This document shows, in pieces, positions 50,951 through 59,987 of a DNA stretch of 64,000 bases. The notes beneath the pieces are model-generated. The model was not told the origin of the DNA and made no database searches. It saw nothing but the letters and a program-made list of their open reading frames with translations. The stretch's first letter is position 1; the number at the start of each line of letters is the position of its first letter. The position numbers and the translations under genes were made by a program. The DNA comes from Candidatus Methanomethylicia archaeon (GTDB lineage Archaea > Thermoproteota > Methanomethylicia > Culexarchaeales > Culexarchaeaceae): the NCBI GenBank assembly GCA_038727515.1, contig JAVYVS010000001.1, positions 614,961 through 678,960 of the forward strand, written 5' to 3'.

Positions 50951-52735
50951 ATGCTATATAGTGAAATTGTGGATATTTATGAGAAAATAGAAGCAACAAC
51001 TAAAAGACTTGAAATGACTGATTTACTTGTAAATTTACTAAAGAAGACTCCGAAGGAAGTTATTGATAAAGTTGTATATTTAACTCAAGGTAAATTGTAT
51101 CCAGATTATTATGGAATTGAATTGGGATTAGCGGAAAAACTTGCTTTAAGAGCATTATCGGAAGCTAGTGGAATGAGTGTAAATGAATTAGAAGATAAAT
51201 TGAATGAAACTGGAGATATAGGTTTAGTGGCAGAATACTCATTACAAAAGAGGAAGATTAAAACATTAACAGAATTTGTAGCACCAGCAAAAAAGACTCA
51301 ATTAACGGTTTCAGAAGTATATAATGTATTGGATGAAATTGCAAAGATAACTGGTGAAGGATCTCAAGATAGGAAGATAAGACTTTTAGCTGGAATACTT
51401 AAGAAGGCAACTCCAAAGGAAGGCAAATATATTATGAGGACAGTAACAGGTAGACTTAGACTAGGAATAGCTGATATGACAATACTAGATGCACTTGCAA
51501 TAACCTTTACACAATCTAAAGAAGCTAGAGCAAGAATAGAAAAAGCATATAACATATCAAATGACTTAGGTGAAGTTGCAAGAAAACTTTCTGAAAAAGG
51601 AATTAAGGGTATTGAAGAAATAAAGATTTTAATTGGAAGACCAATAAGACCTATGCTAGCTGAAAGATTATCAAAAGCAAAAGAAATAATTGAAAAATTA
51701 AATGGAGAATTAGCTGCAGAATATAAGTATGATGGAGAGAGGATACAAGCACATAAAGATGGAGAAAAAGTAATATTGTTTTCAAGGAGAAGTGAAAATA
51801 TAACACACCACTACCCCGATGTATGTGAACTTATAAAGAATAATATAAAAGCTAAACAAGCAATTGTAGAAGGAGAAGTTGTAGCAGTAAACATACAAAC
51901 AGGAGAATTCCTACCATTCCAAGAACTTATGCATAGAAGGAGGAAATATGGAATTGAAGAAGCTATGGAGAAATATCCAGTGACATTATTCTTATTTGAT
52001 GTGTTATACGTGGATAATGAAGAAATGATTGATAAACCATATTTGGAGAGAAGGAAGAAACTTGAAGAAATAGTTTTGGAAAGTGATAGAGTTAAAATTG
52101 CAACATGCAAATTGATAAAAGATGCAGAGGAACTTGAAAAGTTTATGATGGAAGCAGTGGAGATGGGATGTGAAGGACTTGTATGTAAATCCATAATGCC
52201 AGACTCAATATATCAAGCTGGGGCTAGAGGATGGTTATGGATAAAGTATAAGAGAGATTATAAATCTGAGATGATAGATACCGTGGATTTAGTTGTTGTA
52301 GGAGCATTTTGGGGGAAGGGTAAAAGAGCTGGAAGTTATGGAGCATTATTAATGGCAGCATATGATGAAGAAACAGACACCTTTAAAACAACATGTAAAG
52401 TTGGAAGTGGATTCACAGATGAAGATTTAGAAAACCTACCAAAACTACTTGAACCATATAAAATTAGCCATCCGCATCCAAGGGTAGATAGTAAATTGGA
52501 AGCAGACGTTTGGTTTACACCAGCAATGGTTCTCGAAATATTGGGTGCAGAAATAACTTTAAGTCCAATACATACATGTGCATTAAATAAAATTAGGGAG
52601 GGAGCTGGATTAGCCATAAGATTTCCAAGATTTACAGGTAAATATAGAACTGATAAAAGACCTGAAGAAGCAACAACTGTAAATGAAATAATTGAAATGT
52701 ATAGGATGCAATTAAAAGCTATAGAGGAAAAGTAA
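50951..52735 (+). CDS. lig: ATP-dependent DNA ligase
   Basis: PMLA, EYKYDGERIQ, EGLVCK, WIKYK, DLVVVG, RFPRF. Confidence 0.98.
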   Translation: MLYSEIVDIYEKIEATTKRLEMTDLLVNLLKKTPKEVIDKVVYLTQGKLYPDYYGIELGLAEKLALRALSEASGMSVNELEDKLNETGDIGLVAEYSLQKRKIKTLTEFVAPAKKTQLTVSEVYNVLDEIAKITGEGSQDRKIRLLAGILKKATPKEGKYIMRTVTGRLRLGIADMTILDALAITFTQSKEARARIEKAYNISNDLGEVARKLSEKGIKGIEEIKILIGRPIRPMLAERLSKAKEIIEKLNGELAAEYKYDGERIQAHKDGEKVILFSRRSENITHHYPDVCELIKNNIKAKQAIVEGEVVAVNIQTGEFLPFQELMHRRRKYGIEEAMEKYPVTLFLFDVLYVDNEEMIDKPYLERRKKLEEIVLESDRVKIATCKLIKDAEELEKFMMEAVEMGCEGLVCKSIMPDSIYQAGARGWLWIKYKRDYKSEMIDTVDLVVVGAFWGKGKRAGSYGALLMAAYDEETDTFKTTCKVGSGFTDEDLENLPKLLEPYKISHPHPRVDSKLEADVWFTPAMVLEILGAEITLSPIHTCALNKIREGAGLAIRFPRFTGKYRTDKRPEEATTVNEIIEMYRMQLKAIEEK

Positions 52736-54372
52736 TGAGTAAGCATATGGAAGATTGGTGGAGGAAGTATAAGGATTATCTAGATAATAGTCCAAACTCT
52801 ATAACTAAACTTGTAGAAACATTAACTCCAAGAATTCCAATAATCAAAAAACAATATGTAAAAATAAATAGGAGATATAGTTTATGGAGGTTTCAAGAGG
52901 AAATATTGAATAGAATATTGAGTTATGATTATGGTTTAATTGTTGGATTACCCACAGGACTTGGAAAAACATATATTGCAGGAGCATATTTAGAGAAGAA
53001 ATTTAAAGATAAAGGTGTTAGAGCATTATTCCTAGTTCCATCAGTACCATTAGGAGTTCAGCAAACATTATTTGTTAGGGAGAAACTTGGCGTTGAAGAA
53101 GCATATTTTATATCAGGAGCAATACCACCAGATAGAAGAGCTGAATTAAAAGTTTGGAATGCAGGATTCGTAATAACAACACCACAAACATTTGCCAATG
53201 ATCACCTCTATCCATTCAAAGAAGACATAAAAAGTTTAAAATTAGAGGAAACTGGAATTGTAAAGTTAAGAGAACTTTTTAGAATTGCTGAATTTGAATT
53301 TCCCTATGATATAGTTATAGCAGATGAATGTCAAAAGTATATTGGAGAAACAGATGGATATTCAATATTAATAGCTGCAAAAGCATGTAACAAGAAGATA
53401 TTAGCTTTAAGTGCAACACCACAATTACATTCGAAAATTAGATTAAGTGAATTAAAGAAGATATTTGATGTTATAGAGGTATTTTCAACAGAGCATCCAA
53501 GTATAAGAGAACATATACCGCCAAGAATATTATATATCGTGAGACTAAATACTCCAAGAAAACTTCTCGAAGTATATCAAGCATTAAGTAAACATGTATA
53601 TCAATTAGAAGCTGAAATAAGAAAGATGTATGGATCAAAACATTTAGATGAGAAATGTAATGAACATCAAATATGTAAGAAGAGATTAACACTTAAACTT
53701 TTAATGTTTAGATTAATTGAAGATGGTGCAAGTAGTGTATTAAGGTATAGAAGTTGGAGAATGTCGGAATTAAAAATTCCATTGGAAGACTTTGAGGGTA
53801 AGAGTATTATTGAATTATATAGGGAAGCATTAAAAGAAGATTTTAATCATAAGGTAAATGCAGCAATGAAAATACTTGAATTAGAGAAATATGGTAAAGG
53901 GATAGTATTTGCTGAAGCCATAGAAGTTGTGAAGCAAATTGGTAGAAAACTTCAAGAAAACTTAGGTATGGAGAATGTAGCGATAATAGTGGGAAAGGGA
54001 CAGATGAGTCTTGAACAACAAGCATCAGCTTTACTTCAATTTAGAGAAAGAGCAAAAATACTTGTGGCAACATCAGTTGGAGAAGAGGGATTAGATATAC
54101 CAACAGCAGATATAGAGATATGGATTGATCCACCAAGCAATCCTCAGAAATGGATTCAGAGATTCGGTAGAATACTAAGGCAAACTGAAGAGAAAATTGC
54201 AAGAACATATGCTTTAATATCAATGCAAACACATGAGAAAAATAAACTCTTCAGTATAATGAGGAAATGCGCTGAAATTTATGGATTTACACAAAGAATT
54301 GCATATATAGATTTGGAAGATATAACTTCTGGACAAACAACATTAACAGGTTTCATGTATAAGAGATCATAA
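52735..54372 (+). CDS. SF2 helicase, Hef/FANCM(Mph1)-like, without nuclease domain
   Basis: LPTGLGKT, TPQT..ND, DECQ, SATP, ATSVGEEGLDIP, IQRFGR. Confidence 0.88.
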   Translation: MSKHMEDWWRKYKDYLDNSPNSITKLVETLTPRIPIIKKQYVKINRRYSLWRFQEEILNRILSYDYGLIVGLPTGLGKTYIAGAYLEKKFKDKGVRALFLVPSVPLGVQQTLFVREKLGVEEAYFISGAIPPDRRAELKVWNAGFVITTPQTFANDHLYPFKEDIKSLKLEETGIVKLRELFRIAEFEFPYDIVIADECQKYIGETDGYSILIAAKACNKKILALSATPQLHSKIRLSELKKIFDVIEVFSTEHPSIREHIPPRILYIVRLNTPRKLLEVYQALSKHVYQLEAEIRKMYGSKHLDEKCNEHQICKKRLTLKLLMFRLIEDGASSVLRYRSWRMSELKIPLEDFEGKSIIELYREALKEDFNHKVNAAMKILELEKYGKGIVFAEAIEVVKQIGRKLQENLGMENVAIIVGKGQMSLEQQASALLQFRERAKILVATSVGEEGLDIPTADIEIWIDPPSNPQKWIQRFGRILRQTEEKIARTYALISMQTHEKNKLFSIMRKCAEIYGFTQRIAYIDLEDITSGQTTLTGFMYKRS

Positions 54373-55269
54373 GTACACTCTAACTCCTACGGGGTCAAAT
54401 TCACTTACAGTTATATATTCAGCTGGGAAAAAGTCTAGTAAAAGAGAGATAACATCAATTAAATAATCTCTGTAAACTAATGTGTAAATTGTATCTCCAA
54501 GAAAACCGAAACCATATGATAGAATATTCAATTTTTGAAGTTCATTGACAATACCCTTCAATCTAGGTGAAAGGGAAGCAAAGAAGCTTTGAAATTTTAA
54601 GGATGTTGAAATTAAATCATTAAAATTCTTAATGGAGGTTAAATCATTGGAAATTGATGGTAAACTTATATTGCTTAAAGTATATTTTTGAAATCTATTT
54701 GTTGGAGCTCCAACAATTACAATTCTTAAATCATCTGGAAAACTAAACTTAACATATTTAGCCTTACCTGGAACACTTGGAGTTAAGAAGAGGACAATTC
54801 CACCAAGAAGTTGACTATATGTACATCCAAAACCAACTTCAAAATATAATTCCATACTATGAGATAGTAAACCAAGATCAATAGGGTTAAATTTCAAATT
54901 TAAAGCTTTTTTCAATGCACTTAAACTTGCAATCAAAACAGCTGAAGCTGAAGAAAAATCTAAACCAAAATTAGCTTCAAAATTATAATCGAAAACCCCC
55001 TTCAATCCTTCAATACCTTCATGTTTCAATGTAAATTTAATTGCTTCCTCAAGCCATGGCATATGAAGTTGTAAACTACCATAAATAAAATCCAATTTAA
55101 AATCCCTATCATAATCAACTTCAGCTATACATGAAACTCCAATAAGAGTATTTGCTAAAGCTCCAATAATACCAGATTCCAATGGGTCATTGGAACGAGT
55201 AAAATTGAAGAATAATGGTAATGTAAATGGTGAAAATGATCTACCTATAGGCAATAAATTCATCTCCAA
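54367..55269 (-). CDS. GHMP-kinase fold protein, divergent pantoate kinase-like
   Basis: SFSP....FF start, G..GA, H..E....G.G....Q..GG, PG and LGDTIY blocks align with the archaeal pantoate kinase layout. Confidence 0.65.
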   Translation of the reverse strand: MEMNLLPIGRSFSPFTLPLFFNFTRSNDPLESGIIGALANTLIGVSCIAEVDYDRDFKLDFIYGSLQLHMPWLEEAIKFTLKHEGIEGLKGVFDYNFEANFGLDFSSASAVLIASLSALKKALNLKFNPIDLGLLSHSMELYFEVGFGCTYSQLLGGIVLFLTPSVPGKAKYVKFSFPDDLRIVIVGAPTNRFQKYTLSNISLPSISNDLTSIKNFNDLISTSLKFQSFFASLSPRLKGIVNELQKLNILSYGFGFLGDTIYTLVYRDYLIDVISLLLDFFPAEYITVSEFDPVGVRVYL

Positions 55270-55910
55270 TAAAGCTCTTTCTTAATAATTTCACCATATG
55301 GTTCAATTTCTTCAAATATTTCAGCTTGAAACCTATATATTTGAACATCACTATCAAGCCAAGCATCTGGCGGTAAACCAGCTTTAATACAACAATTACT
55401 TAAAAATTCTTCAGCATCCCAACCCCATTCCACAGCTACTTGTGGTAGAAGTAAACCTGAAAACCATCCTTTTTTAACAATTAATCCATCAAGCCCTATC
55501 CTAATCATTTGTGGATACATTGTAGGTGAAGGAACCCTTAAAAGTTCAGGTTCTGTAAGAACACTAACTTCAAAAACAACTTCACGAAGCTCACTTTGTT
55601 TTAATGGTCTAAATCTTGGATCAGCTGTAGCAGCACTAATGGCAGCATCTATTAAAGCTTCCACCAATGGATGTGTGGGATATGGATATCCTATACAACC
55701 CCTAAGATTCTTACTTCTAAATCCACCTTCAAACTTCAATTTATTGATAGTGACAAAAACTCCACGATTAACCTTAAGCTTCTCAGGAGTATCTGGAGGA
55801 GGATTAATCTCTACACCTTTAGTTAAATATTCTTCAACTGCTTTCCTAGCTAATTTAACCAAGAAAATTCCATCTTCAAGTGTGAATTCAACACCCATAG
55901 ATTCCAACAC
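55260..55910 (-). CDS. AMMECR1 family protein (TIGR00296-type)
   Basis: GVFVT, LRGCIG, DPRF, EVSVLT, GLLLPQV, C.KAG, FQAEIF. Confidence 0.96.
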   Translation of the reverse strand: MLESMGVEFTLEDGIFLVKLARKAVEEYLTKGVEINPPPDTPEKLKVNRGVFVTINKLKFEGGFRSKNLRGCIGYPYPTHPLVEALIDAAISAATADPRFRPLKQSELREVVFEVSVLTEPELLRVPSPTMYPQMIRIGLDGLIVKKGWFSGLLLPQVAVEWGWDAEEFLSNCCIKAGLPPDAWLDSDVQIYRFQAEIFEEIEPYGEIIKKELYWR

Positions 55911-55946
55911 CGAAAAGATATATGGTTAGGTGAGAGATAAGGATTA

Positions 55947-56426
55947 TCATAAACTAGATTTTAATTTGATTTTAGAAAGTTTATATGTAATATCCCTCCA
56001 ATGTTTACCAATCCAATAAACTTTACCACAACCATCACAAACCCAAAAATCATTTGAACTATACTTAACCATTTCAGGAATTTTATCTTCAACTTCATTC
56101 AATGAAACCCTTCTAAGAATATGATTACAAATTGGACATCTAGAGGAATCCATTGGAATTGATAGGTTTATTCCACAATCATCAACCAATTGTTTAAGTT
56201 GATCTTCCAATAAGCCACTTTTAATATATACCGCTTTAACACCATATTTTAAAGCCTTCCTATATAGTTGAAAATCTCTAGTTAGCAAAATTCTAGATGA
56301 TTTATAAACTAGATTTATAAGTTCATCATCAGATTCATATCCCCTAAAGAATATGGCATCATAACCAAGCATTCTAAGCCATCTACAGAGTCTTCCAAGC
56401 ATACTATCAACAGCGAATTCCACCAA
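55947..56426 (-). CDS. Mut7-C RNase domain protein (PIN fold plus Zn ribbon)
   Basis: DSMLGRL.RWLRMLGYD, LLTRD, RCPICN, CDGCGKVYW.G.H. Confidence 0.94.
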   Translation of the reverse strand: MVEFAVDSMLGRLCRWLRMLGYDAIFFRGYESDDELINLVYKSSRILLTRDFQLYRKALKYGVKAVYIKSGLLEDQLKQLVDDCGINLSIPMDSSRCPICNHILRRVSLNEVEDKIPEMVKYSSNDFWVCDGCGKVYWIGKHWRDITYKLSKIKLKSSL

Positions 56427-57735
56427 ATACTATTTCACCACCCTTACATAAGATTTCACCATCACAATAAACCATAATCCCATTAACAAATGTTGAATAA
56501 ACTTTACCCTTAACTTTAAAACCATCAAAAGGTGAAAATTTAGCTTTAGAAAAGAATTTAGAAGAATCAATAACCCAATCATTATGCAAATCTATAATTG
56601 TAAAATCGGCATTAAATCCAATATCTATAGAACCCCTACCCTTAAGATTAAATATCTTAGAGGGATTGAAACTCATAAGTTTAACTAAGCATTCAATATC
56701 AAGTAATCCATGATTAACTGCAGTCAACATCAATGGAACTGTAGTCTCAAGACCTGGAACTCCAGATTTAATAATCCAAAAATCATCTCCAATCTTTTCT
56801 TCAATAGAGTGGGGTGCATGATCATCAGCTATAATATCCACAACCCCATTTGAAACCTTAACCCAAAGAGAAATTACATCAAAAATACTTCTAAGTGGAG
56901 GCTCCATCTTACCAATACCACCAAGAAATTTAAGGTAATCCCATGTTAAAAACAAGTGATGTGGAGTAACCTCACATGTAACTAAATCTTTAAAATTAGA
57001 TATCAAATCAATGATTAAACCACTCGTAACATGAGCTATATGAACTCTACAATTAATATCTCTAACAAAATTTAAAATTCTAGATACAGCTTTAACTTCA
57101 GCACTTATTGGATGAGATTTTATAAAACCCATAAATTCCTTTGAAGATTTAAATTCTTCTTCCAAGGAATGTATCATATAATAGTCTTCAGCATGAAATA
57201 CTACTGGAATCCCAATTTCACTACAAACCTTCAAATACGATCTAATAGTTTCATTATCATTAGGATCAATATAACCAATAGGCCTATTAAGGTAAACTTT
57301 AAAACCAACTGGACCTAGAGAAGCTATCTCATAAATTTCACTTAAATTCTTTGGAAAGAGGGAGTAGAAACCAACATTAACATAAATCTTATTAAGAGCT
57401 AAATTCACTCTCTCCTTAAATCTTGATGGTGAATCTGTGGGAGGAGAATTATTTGGCATATCAAGTACTGTAGTGAAACCACCAGCGGCTGCAGCCATAC
57501 TACCAGATTCAAAAGTTTCTTTATATGATAAATCTTGATCCCTTAAATGAACATGGACATCAATTAATCCTGGGAGAATAATTTTATCAATAAACCTATG
57601 ATATTTATCAGCTTTCGGAAGATTATCTTCTAAACCAATATCAACAATCTTACCATTATCAATAGCTATAGCTCCATCCATTAACCTACCACGCCAAAAA
57701 ATCTTCCCTGAAACAATAGAATCAACTAGATTCAA
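56407..57735 (-). CDS. pyrC: Dihydroorotase (amidohydrolase family)
   Basis: PGLIDVHVHLRD, AAAGGFTT..DMPN, HAED, CEVTPHHL, PPLR, DHAPH, GVPGLET. Confidence 0.9.
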   Translation of the reverse strand: MNLVDSIVSGKIFWRGRLMDGAIAIDNGKIVDIGLEDNLPKADKYHRFIDKIILPGLIDVHVHLRDQDLSYKETFESGSMAAAAGGFTTVLDMPNNSPPTDSPSRFKERVNLALNKIYVNVGFYSLFPKNLSEIYEIASLGPVGFKVYLNRPIGYIDPNDNETIRSYLKVCSEIGIPVVFHAEDYYMIHSLEEEFKSSKEFMGFIKSHPISAEVKAVSRILNFVRDINCRVHIAHVTSGLIIDLISNFKDLVTCEVTPHHLFLTWDYLKFLGGIGKMEPPLRSIFDVISLWVKVSNGVVDIIADDHAPHSIEEKIGDDFWIIKSGVPGLETTVPLMLTAVNHGLLDIECLVKLMSFNPSKIFNLKGRGSIDIGFNADFTIIDLHNDWVIDSSKFFSKAKFSPFDGFKVKGKVYSTFVNGIMVYCDGEILCKGGEIVFGGIRC

Positions 57736-58527
57736 TTAGGATACACCACAAGCAATTTTAACAAAAGCTTTTAAATCTACAATTCCAAGTACAGATCTAT
57801 CTTCATTTAAAGCAATAGCACCAAGAGATTTATTTTCCACAATAATCCTTGCAATTACACCCATGGATGGATAACCATAAAAAATGGATTTTGTAAACCT
57901 CATAACATCAGAAGCCTTTAAAGATCTAACTCTAGCATCCCTATGTTGTAATGGGAATCTATCATGAATAGCCCTTAAAGCCATAACAACATCCCAATCA
58001 TTAACTACACCAAGAAACTTTCCATCTTTAACTATAGGTATAAACCTAATATTCTCATTAAGCATTAACGATCTAATGTGGAGAATATTGGAATCAAGAT
58101 CGACAACTCTAAATCTACGATTTATAAATCCACTAGAATCAATATTGGAATCAAAGAATAATCTTGGAATATCTTCTTCAAAGATCATTCCAATTGGCTT
58201 ATCATCATATAATATTGGTAAAGCAATAGAATTACATTTTATCATTAGATTGCATGCTTCAATTAAAGTAGTATCCATGGAGATCCTTGGAACATTGGTT
58301 TCCATTACACTTGAAACATATAGACTACTTAAATTAACAATTCTAACACGTTCACTCCAAATTCTATCCATAATACCCCTAAGAGTGATAATACCAATAA
58401 ATTTACCATTATCTACAACTGGAAGTGCACTTAAATCCTTTGAATCCATAATCTCTAAAGCATATGATAATGGTTGATCTTTATCAACATATTGAATTGG
58501 AGTTCTAGCAATTACAAAACTCTTCAA
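57736..58527 (-). CDS. CBS domain protein (4 CBS)
   Basis: LPVVD..K..GIIT and IPIV..GK.LGVV repeats. Confidence 0.9.
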   Translation of the reverse strand: MKSFVIARTPIQYVDKDQPLSYALEIMDSKDLSALPVVDNGKFIGIITLRGIMDRIWSERVRIVNLSSLYVSSVMETNVPRISMDTTLIEACNLMIKCNSIALPILYDDKPIGMIFEEDIPRLFFDSNIDSSGFINRRFRVVDLDSNILHIRSLMLNENIRFIPIVKDGKFLGVVNDWDVVMALRAIHDRFPLQHRDARVRSLKASDVMRFTKSIFYGYPSMGVIARIIVENKSLGAIALNEDRSVLGIVDLKAFVKIACGVS

Positions 58528-58529
58528 AA

Positions 58530-59372
58530 TTAAACCTCCAAATCCCTCATAGCAACAACTTTAACTAAATCAGTCTTAGTTATAATTCCAACGAGGCTTC
58601 CAGATCCATCTATTACAGGTAAACCACTAATTCCATTATTCAACATTAATTTAGCAGCTTCCACAGCATCTTCATTAACGCCAATGGTTATAGGATTTGG
58701 AGTCATAATATCTGAAGCCACTGGAACCCTCAAAAATTTAATACTCCTCCTAGATTCATCTTCAAACTTTATTTTAGTAGGTTTATGTCCAGAAAGTCTA
58801 AAGGTTAAATCAGTCTTAGTTATGACCCCCACAGGTTTAACTCCATCCAATACAATAACTCTACTAATCTTATACTTATCAAACAATTTACCAATCCTAT
58901 GAATACTATGGAGGGGGTTTACAGTAATCACTGGTGAAGACATAATTTCACCAACTTTACAAACACCAGAATAATGTTCTGCATATGCACGAACAATATC
59001 CGTTTTAGTTATTATCCCAATTAAATTACCATTACTCTCAACTACTGGTAAACCACTAAATCCACCTTTAATCATCAACATAGCAGCATTCTTCAAATAT
59101 GCTCTAGGACCTATGAAAACTATGGGTGAAACCATAACTTCAGATACAAGTATACCATCAATGGGTCTAGGAGAATCCCTAACACTCTCATCCAATAAAG
59201 CTTTAGCTATATCAGTTTCAGTGACCATTCCAATGGGCTTAAAATTTTCATCAACAACAACAAGTCTACTAATATCATGATGCAACATAAGATTTCTAGC
59301 TCTAGCAAGAGTATCATTGGGATATACTACAACCACCTTTTCACTCATATAATCAGAAACTCTTAGAGGCAT
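58530..59372 (-). CDS. CBS domain protein (4 CBS)
   Basis: Repeated GLPV...G.L.GIITKTD motifs; start at ATG 59372. Confidence 0.93.
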   Translation of the reverse strand: MPLRVSDYMSEKVVVVYPNDTLARARNLMLHHDISRLVVVDENFKPIGMVTETDIAKALLDESVRDSPRPIDGILVSEVMVSPIVFIGPRAYLKNAAMLMIKGGFSGLPVVESNGNLIGIITKTDIVRAYAEHYSGVCKVGEIMSSPVITVNPLHSIHRIGKLFDKYKISRVIVLDGVKPVGVITKTDLTFRLSGHKPTKIKFEDESRRSIKFLRVPVASDIMTPNPITIGVNEDAVEAAKLMLNNGISGLPVIDGSGSLVGIITKTDLVKVVAMRDLEV

Positions 59373-59373
59373 T

Positions 59374-59961
59374 TTACACACCCCTAACTTCACGACAATC
59401 TGGACATAGATATTCACCATTAAAATCTATAAGTTCATCAGACCATTCACCACAACCATCACAATACCCAGTAAGACTACCACCACTAGAATAACCATAT
59501 TCAACTCCAGCATTAACCTTCATAGCTTCCAGCAGTATATCAATGATTTCAGGTGCAACTCTAAGTATATCCTTTTCAGTAACAATACCAATCATTCTAT
59601 CTCCATCCATAACTATTAAACGTCTAACATTCTTCTTAACCATAATTCTAGCTGCATCTACAATTCTAGTGGAGGGATTAATGGTTATTAGAGGTTTAGA
59701 CATAACCTTGGAAACACTACTATTAACATCAAGACCTGAAGCTAAAACTTTAACAACAATATCCCTCTCAGTAACTATGCCCACAGGCTTACCATAATCA
59801 TCTAAAATTACAACACTACCCACATTACGATCCCTCATAATCCTAGCAATGTCAATTATAGTTGAAGAAGAAGACGCAGTAATGGGATTCTTAGACATAA
59901 CGTCGCTTACAGTTAAATCTTCAGCTCTAGGGGAAACACCATACATTTCAATCCTAAACAA
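59374..59961 (-). CDS. CBS pair protein with C-terminal Zn ribbon
   Basis: GIVTERD and GIVTEKD; C-terminal GYCDGCG...LCPDC. Confidence 0.92.
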   Translation of the reverse strand: MFRIEMYGVSPRAEDLTVSDVMSKNPITASSSSTIIDIARIMRDRNVGSVVILDDYGKPVGIVTERDIVVKVLASGLDVNSSVSKVMSKPLITINPSTRIVDAARIMVKKNVRRLIVMDGDRMIGIVTEKDILRVAPEIIDILLEAMKVNAGVEYGYSSGGSLTGYCDGCGEWSDELIDFNGEYLCPDCREVRGV

Positions 59962-59987
59962 TATATGTAAACATAAATATTTTAAGA

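Noticed and set aside
58567-58823. Exact 18-nt direct repeat TAAATCAGTCTTAGTTAT
   Set aside because: It encodes the repeated ITKTDL motif of CBS domains; not CRISPR or mobile DNA
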